Below, piece after piece: positions 60,019 to 64,000 of a stretch of 64,000 bases of DNA. Origin of the DNA: an uncultured delta proteobacterium. Lineage in GTDB: Bacteria > Myxococcota > Myxococcia > Myxococcales > Anaeromyxobacteraceae. The translations under genes were made by a program, and so were the position numbers. The stretch spans positions 1 to 64,000 of the forward strand of contig CAWHDZ010000038.1 of NCBI GenBank assembly GCA_963828255.1. Direction: 5' to 3'. Under the pieces are notes generated by a model. That model was not told the DNA's origin. It searched no databases and saw nothing but the letters and a program-made list of their open reading frames with translations. How positions within the stretch are numbered: the first letter of the stretch is position 1; every line of letters begins with the position of its first letter.

Positions 60019-60650
60019 GTGGCCTCCCGCCCCCAGATGACACTCGCCGTGAAGCGGCTCATCCGGGACATGGTGGCGCGCCTGCCCGAGCTCGCCCACG
60101 TCAAGCCATCCCGGATCCTGGTGGTGGCCGGCGAGGCGCGCCGGGCCTCCCGTGCCACCATCCGGCCGGCCCATTTCCGGGAGACCCGCGCCCGCGGAGG
60201 CCGGGGCGGGCTGCGCAAGCCCCTCATCCGCATCGGCGGCCGGAAGATCCTCTACGTCATCACGCTGCGCCCCCTCTGGTTCCGGGCCTCCACGCCCGAG
60301 CAGCGGGTCGGCACGGTGCTGCACGAGCTCTGGCACGCCAGCGAGCGCTTCGACGGGACGCTCCACCGGGGACGGGTCCACGGCCGCCTCCCCCGCCCCC
60401 GCTTCGAGCGGCGCATCCGCGCGCTCCGCGACCGCTACCTCGCCGTGGCCGCGACGACGTCCTCGCGCCGTTCACCTACAGTGGAATCGCCCTGGCCCGC
60501 ATGTGGCTGGAGCGCCCGGCCGGGTTCTACCGGGTGGGGGAGTACGGCGGCCGGCGGACCTACACCGAGAAGCAGCTCTTCCTGGGGCTCCTGCGCATGA
60601 AGACCCCCACCACGGGCCGGCCGCTTGCCCGCGGCCCCTCGCGGCGGTAG
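60019..60650 (+). CDS. Putative zinc metallopeptidase-like protein, frameshifted near 60450
   Basis: LPELAHV...ILVV, YVITLRP.WF and TVLHELWH (HExxH) motifs. Confidence 0.6.
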
Positions 60651-60684
60651 AGGTCGGGGAGCACACCAGACGGAGGTCGTCCAC

Positions 60685-61710
60685 GTGAAGGTCGCCATCC
60701 TCACCGGGGGAGGAGATTGCCCTGGCCTCAACGCCGTCATCCGTGCCGTGGTCCGGCGCGGAGAGGAGCACGGGTTCGAGTTCACCGGCGTGCGCGACGG
60801 CTGGAAGGGGCTCCTCGAGGACGACCACTTCCGGATCACCCGCCAGAACACCTCCGGCATCCTGCAACTCGGGGGGACCATCCTCGGCACCTCCCGCACC
60901 AACCCCTTCAAGCGCCCCGACGGCCCGAAGGTCGTCATGGACACGCTGGCCCGCCACAACATCGGAGCGGTGGTGGCCATCGGCGGGGAGGACACCCTCG
61001 GCGTCGCCACCCGGTTCCACGAGATGGGGATGAACGTGGTGGGGGTGCCGAAGACCATCGACAACGACCTCTCCGGGACCGACTACACCTTCGGCTTCGA
61101 CACCGCGGTCACCATCGCCACCGAGGCCATCGACCGGCTCCACTCCACCGCCGAGGCCCACAGCCGCGTCATCGTCTGCGAGGTGATGGGGCGCCACGCC
61201 GGGCACATCGCGCTCCACTCCGGGATCGCGGGCGGCGCCGACGTGATCCTCGTCCCCGAGCGCCCCATCGACCTCACCGACGTGGTCCGCCACATCCGCG
61301 GACGGCACAAGCGGGGTCGCCGCTTCTCCATCGTGGTGGTGGCGGAGGGGGCCAAGATGATGCGCAGCAAGGAGGCCACCGTCTCCGACGTGCTCGACGA
61401 GTTCGGCCACGTGCGGCTGGGCGGCATCGGGGCCTACCTGGCCAAGGAGATCGAGCGGGAGACCGGCTTCGAGGCCCGGGTCACCGTCCTCGGCCACATC
61501 CAGCGGGGCGGAACGCCCACCGCCCGGGACCGGGTGCTCGCCACCCGCTACGGGGTCTTCGCCTGCGACCTGGTGAAGGAGGGCCGCTTCGGCCAGATGG
61601 CCGCCCTCCGCGGCGACGCGATCGTCGCCGTCCCGCTCCTCGAGGCCACCAAGGCGCTGCACCTCATCGACCCCGCCCTCTTCGAGATCGCCGAGGTCTT
61701 CTTCGGCTGA
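60685..61710 (+). CDS. pfkA: Phosphofructokinase, group III (GGED/PKTIDND)
   Basis: TGGGDCPGLN, GGTILGTSR, GGEDT, PKTIDND, EVMGR and LGHIQRGG motifs; GGAGG RBS. Confidence 0.93.
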   Translation: MKVAILTGGGDCPGLNAVIRAVVRRGEEHGFEFTGVRDGWKGLLEDDHFRITRQNTSGILQLGGTILGTSRTNPFKRPDGPKVVMDTLARHNIGAVVAIGGEDTLGVATRFHEMGMNVVGVPKTIDNDLSGTDYTFGFDTAVTIATEAIDRLHSTAEAHSRVIVCEVMGRHAGHIALHSGIAGGADVILVPERPIDLTDVVRHIRGRHKRGRRFSIVVVAEGAKMMRSKEATVSDVLDEFGHVRLGGIGAYLAKEIERETGFEARVTVLGHIQRGGTPTARDRVLATRYGVFACDLVKEGRFGQMAALRGDAIVAVPLLEATKALHLIDPALFEIAEVFFG

Positions 61711-62656
61711 TGGACCGGCCCAGGGTGATCCTGCACCACGTGCTCCTCCACGCGAGCGTCTCCGGGCGTCTCGACCGCGCCGTCGCCGACGCCGCCGAGG
61801 TGGGGCGTGCCGCGGTCAAGCGGGCCTTCCTCCAGGGGCGGGTGCGGATCGACGGCAGGCGCGCCCGGGCCAGCGACCCGGCCATCCCGGGCAGGTCGTG
61901 CTCATGGAGCTCGAGCCGCCGGCCGGGGCCCCCGTCCCGGACTCCGGCGATCCACTCCGCGTGCTGGCGGGCTCGGTGCTCTGGCTCGTCGCCGACAAGC
62001 CCGCCGGGATGCCCACCCACCCGCTCCGCGCCGACGAGCGGGGGACGCTGGCCAACGCCGTCGCCGCCGAGTACCCCGAGTGCGCGGATGCCTCGATCGA
62101 CCCGCGGGAGGGGGGCGCCGTCCACCGGCTCGACGCGGACACCAGCGGCTGCGTCATCTTCGCCCGGGGCCGCGAGGTCTGGGAGATGCTGCGGGCCCAG
62201 TTCGCCGCGCGCACGGTGGAGAAGGTCTACCTGGCGCTGGTGGCCGGAAAGGTCTCCTCGGGGGGTGTCTGCTCGGTGCCGCTCGCCCAGCGCGCCGGCC
62301 GGTCGGTGCCGGTGCCGGCGGAGAGGGGGGAGGGCAGGGCTCCGTCCCGCGCCGGGAGGCCGCGCCCCGGGGAGACGCGCTGGGTGGTCGCGCGCGCCTT
62401 CCCGCGCCACACGCTGCTCGAGGTGAGGATCCCCACCGGCGTCATGCACCAGATCCGGGCCCACATGGCCTACCTGGGACATCCGGTGGCGGGGGACCTC
62501 GACTACGGCGGGACGGCCGCTGCGCTGCCCGGGCTCGACCGCCACTTCCTCCACGCCTGGAAGGTCGAGTTCCTGCGTCCGGAGGGAGGGCGCGTCGAGG
62601 TGCAGAGCCCCTTGCCGCGCGAACTGGCGGAGACGCTCGAACGGCTGGGGCGGTAG
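61710..62656 (+). CDS. RluA/RluD family pseudouridine synthase with S4-like N-terminus, frameshifted near 61890
   Basis: GRLDRA...GRVRIDG, DKPAGM, HRLDADTSG and TG.MHQIRAH...GHPVAGD motifs. Confidence 0.85.
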
Positions 62657-62658
62657 CG

Positions 62659-63138
62659 CTACTGCGGGGCCGCGGGCGGGGCGTCGCCGGCCGGGGCGCC
62701 CTCGATGGCCTCCACCAGCATGGGCGGATCGGTCATCATGCCGATGGTGTTCACTCCGGCCTTGTGGGCCTCGTCGAGGACCGTCACGGCGAACTCGTAG
62801 CGTGTGCCGTCCTGGGCGTTGAAGAAGAGCACCTTGGAGAGGTGCCCCTCGTAGACCGGCTTCAGCTTCGCCATGGCGTCAGGGACCGTCATCTCCGTCT
62901 TGTTGAGGAGCACCCGGCCGTTCTTCAGTGCGGTGAGGACGATCTGGTCGGGCGGGACGGAGTCGGGTGGGACGACCTGGGTGTTGGGCGGCTCGAACTC
63001 CGGCACGCGCATGTACATCTGCTTCTCGGCCAGCGGGGTGAGCACCATGAAGATGATGAGCATCACCAGCACCACGTCGATGAGCGGCGTGACGTTGATG
63101 TCGGTCATCGGCGACTTGGTGCCGAGCGACATCGACAT
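62659..63138 (-). CDS. exbD: ExbD/TolR family protein
   Basis: DINVTPLIDVVLVMLIIFMV motif. Confidence 0.9.
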   Translation of the reverse strand: MSMSLGTKSPMTDINVTPLIDVVLVMLIIFMVLTPLAEKQMYMRVPEFEPPNTQVVPPDSVPPDQIVLTALKNGRVLLNKTEMTVPDAMAKLKPVYEGHLSKVLFFNAQDGTRYEFAVTVLDEAHKAGVNTIGMMTDPPMLVEAIEGAPAGDAPPAAPQ

Positions 63139-63140
63139 GG

Positions 63141-63575
63141 CTACTTCCCCCCCTTCACGTCGGAGGCGTCCTTGAGCTGGGTGGCCGCCAGCGACACGCC
63201 CATGACCCGGGTCTTCGTCACCTCGAGGATGGCCTCGCGGATCACCTTGTAGTCGGCGTCGCGGTCGCCCTTGAACATGATGGGCGCGCCCGGAAACTTC
63301 TGCATGGCCTGCTCGAGGGCCGTGGCGAGGTCGTCCTTCTTGACCTCCTCCTTCTCGATGTAGGTCTTCCCGTCACGCGTCACCGACAGGATGATGGGGT
63401 CGCCGCCGCTCTTCAGCTCGCTCACCAGCTTGGCGTCGGGCAGGGTCACCGCCTTGCCGCGCTGGAGCAGGGGCGTGATCACCATGAAGATGATGAGGAG
63501 CACCAGCACCACGTCGACGAGCGGCGTGACGTTGATGTCGCTCTTGACGCCCTTGCTGCCGATGTCCATCGACAT
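63141..63575 (-). CDS. exbD: ExbD/TolR family protein
   Basis: DINVTPLVDVVLVLLIIFMV and KGDRDADY motifs. Confidence 0.9.
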   Translation of the reverse strand: MSMDIGSKGVKSDINVTPLVDVVLVLLIIFMVITPLLQRGKAVTLPDAKLVSELKSGGDPIILSVTRDGKTYIEKEEVKKDDLATALEQAMQKFPGAPIMFKGDRDADYKVIREAILEVTKTRVMGVSLAATQLKDASDVKGGK

Positions 63576-63607
63576 GACGCGGGTCCTCGAGGCCAGGCCG
63601 GACCGGC

Positions 63608-64000
63608 CTAGCGCCCTTCCTTGATGAAGAAGTCCACGAGCTCGGTGGTGGAGTCGTTGATGTCGACCTGGATCTCCTCGACCCGGTTCGTGAAGTAGTT
63701 GAAGAACATCACGGCGGGGATGGCGACGAGCAGGCCGAAGGCGGTGGTCACGAGGGCCTCGGCGATGCCGGCCGAGACCGAGCCCAGGCCGCCCGAGCCG
63801 GTGGCGGCCATGGCCTGGAAGGCGGTGATGATGCCGGCCACGGTGCCGAGCAGGCCGACGAAGGGGGATGTGGAGCCGATGGTGGCGAGCGAGCCCAGCC
63901 CCCGGCGCATGTCGGTGACGGTGCGCATCGTGCTGCGGTCGATGGCGCGGTTCACCGCGGCGACGATGTCGAACTCGCCGATCTCGTGCTTTCCGCCGTG
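63608..64000 (-). CDS. exbB: MotA/TolQ/ExbB proton channel (5'-partial)
   Basis: LATIGSTSPFVGLLGTV and GIAEALVTTAFGL.VAIPA motifs. Confidence 0.9.
   Translation of the reverse strand, partial: HGGKHEIGEFDIVAAVNRAIDRSTMRTVTDMRRGLGSLATIGSTSPFVGLLGTVAGIITAFQAMAATGSGGLGSVSAGIAEALVTTAFGLLVAIPAVMFFNYFTNRVEEIQVDINDSTTELVDFFIKEGR

Overview
The window has three compositionally distinct blocks. (1) 1-~8135, moderate GC by eye: a minus-strand exopolysaccharide-type locus with a FemAB/GNAT-like gene, a secreted beta-helix protein, a Gfo/Idh/MocA oxidoreductase, an epimerase and a flippase. (2) ~8136-~11538: an alphaproteobacterial-looking fragment with a truncated adenylate-cyclase/TolB-type regulator N-terminus, a TAXI receptor, a DUF4239-like gene and a truncated AIM24 gene. 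(3) ~11539-64000: very GC-rich, Anaeromyxobacter/Myxococcota-like core chromosome. It carries proBA, rsfS, PFOR, mgsA, rlmH, gpmI, comF, two giant TPR/transglutaminase-like genes, hemW, prmA, rsmE, acyl-CoA carboxylase subunits, korAB, methylmalonyl-CoA mutase, yhbY, pfk, an RluA-family gene and exbBDD. Both block junctions cut genes mid-frame, and about 9 genes carry frameshifts. A chimeric, indel-prone long-read assembly is therefore the simplest explanation for those features. The most interesting signal is a compact cassette at 35528-36269: (GGAGTC)x40, then a ~135-nt rod-like hairpin that sequesters a Shine-Dalgarno, then a stand-alone Avd/IVS-like four-helix-bundle gene, then degenerate inverted copies of the hexamer. 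G-rich codon usage converges on the cassette from both flanking genes. Other highlights are an unannotated selenoprotein (DsbA/FrnE, UxxC, with a SECIS-like hairpin), an HNH nuclease preceded by a structured leader, a biotin carrier lacking its biotin lysine, and an active/inactive transglutaminase pair. All family calls come from motif recognition only; no searches were run.
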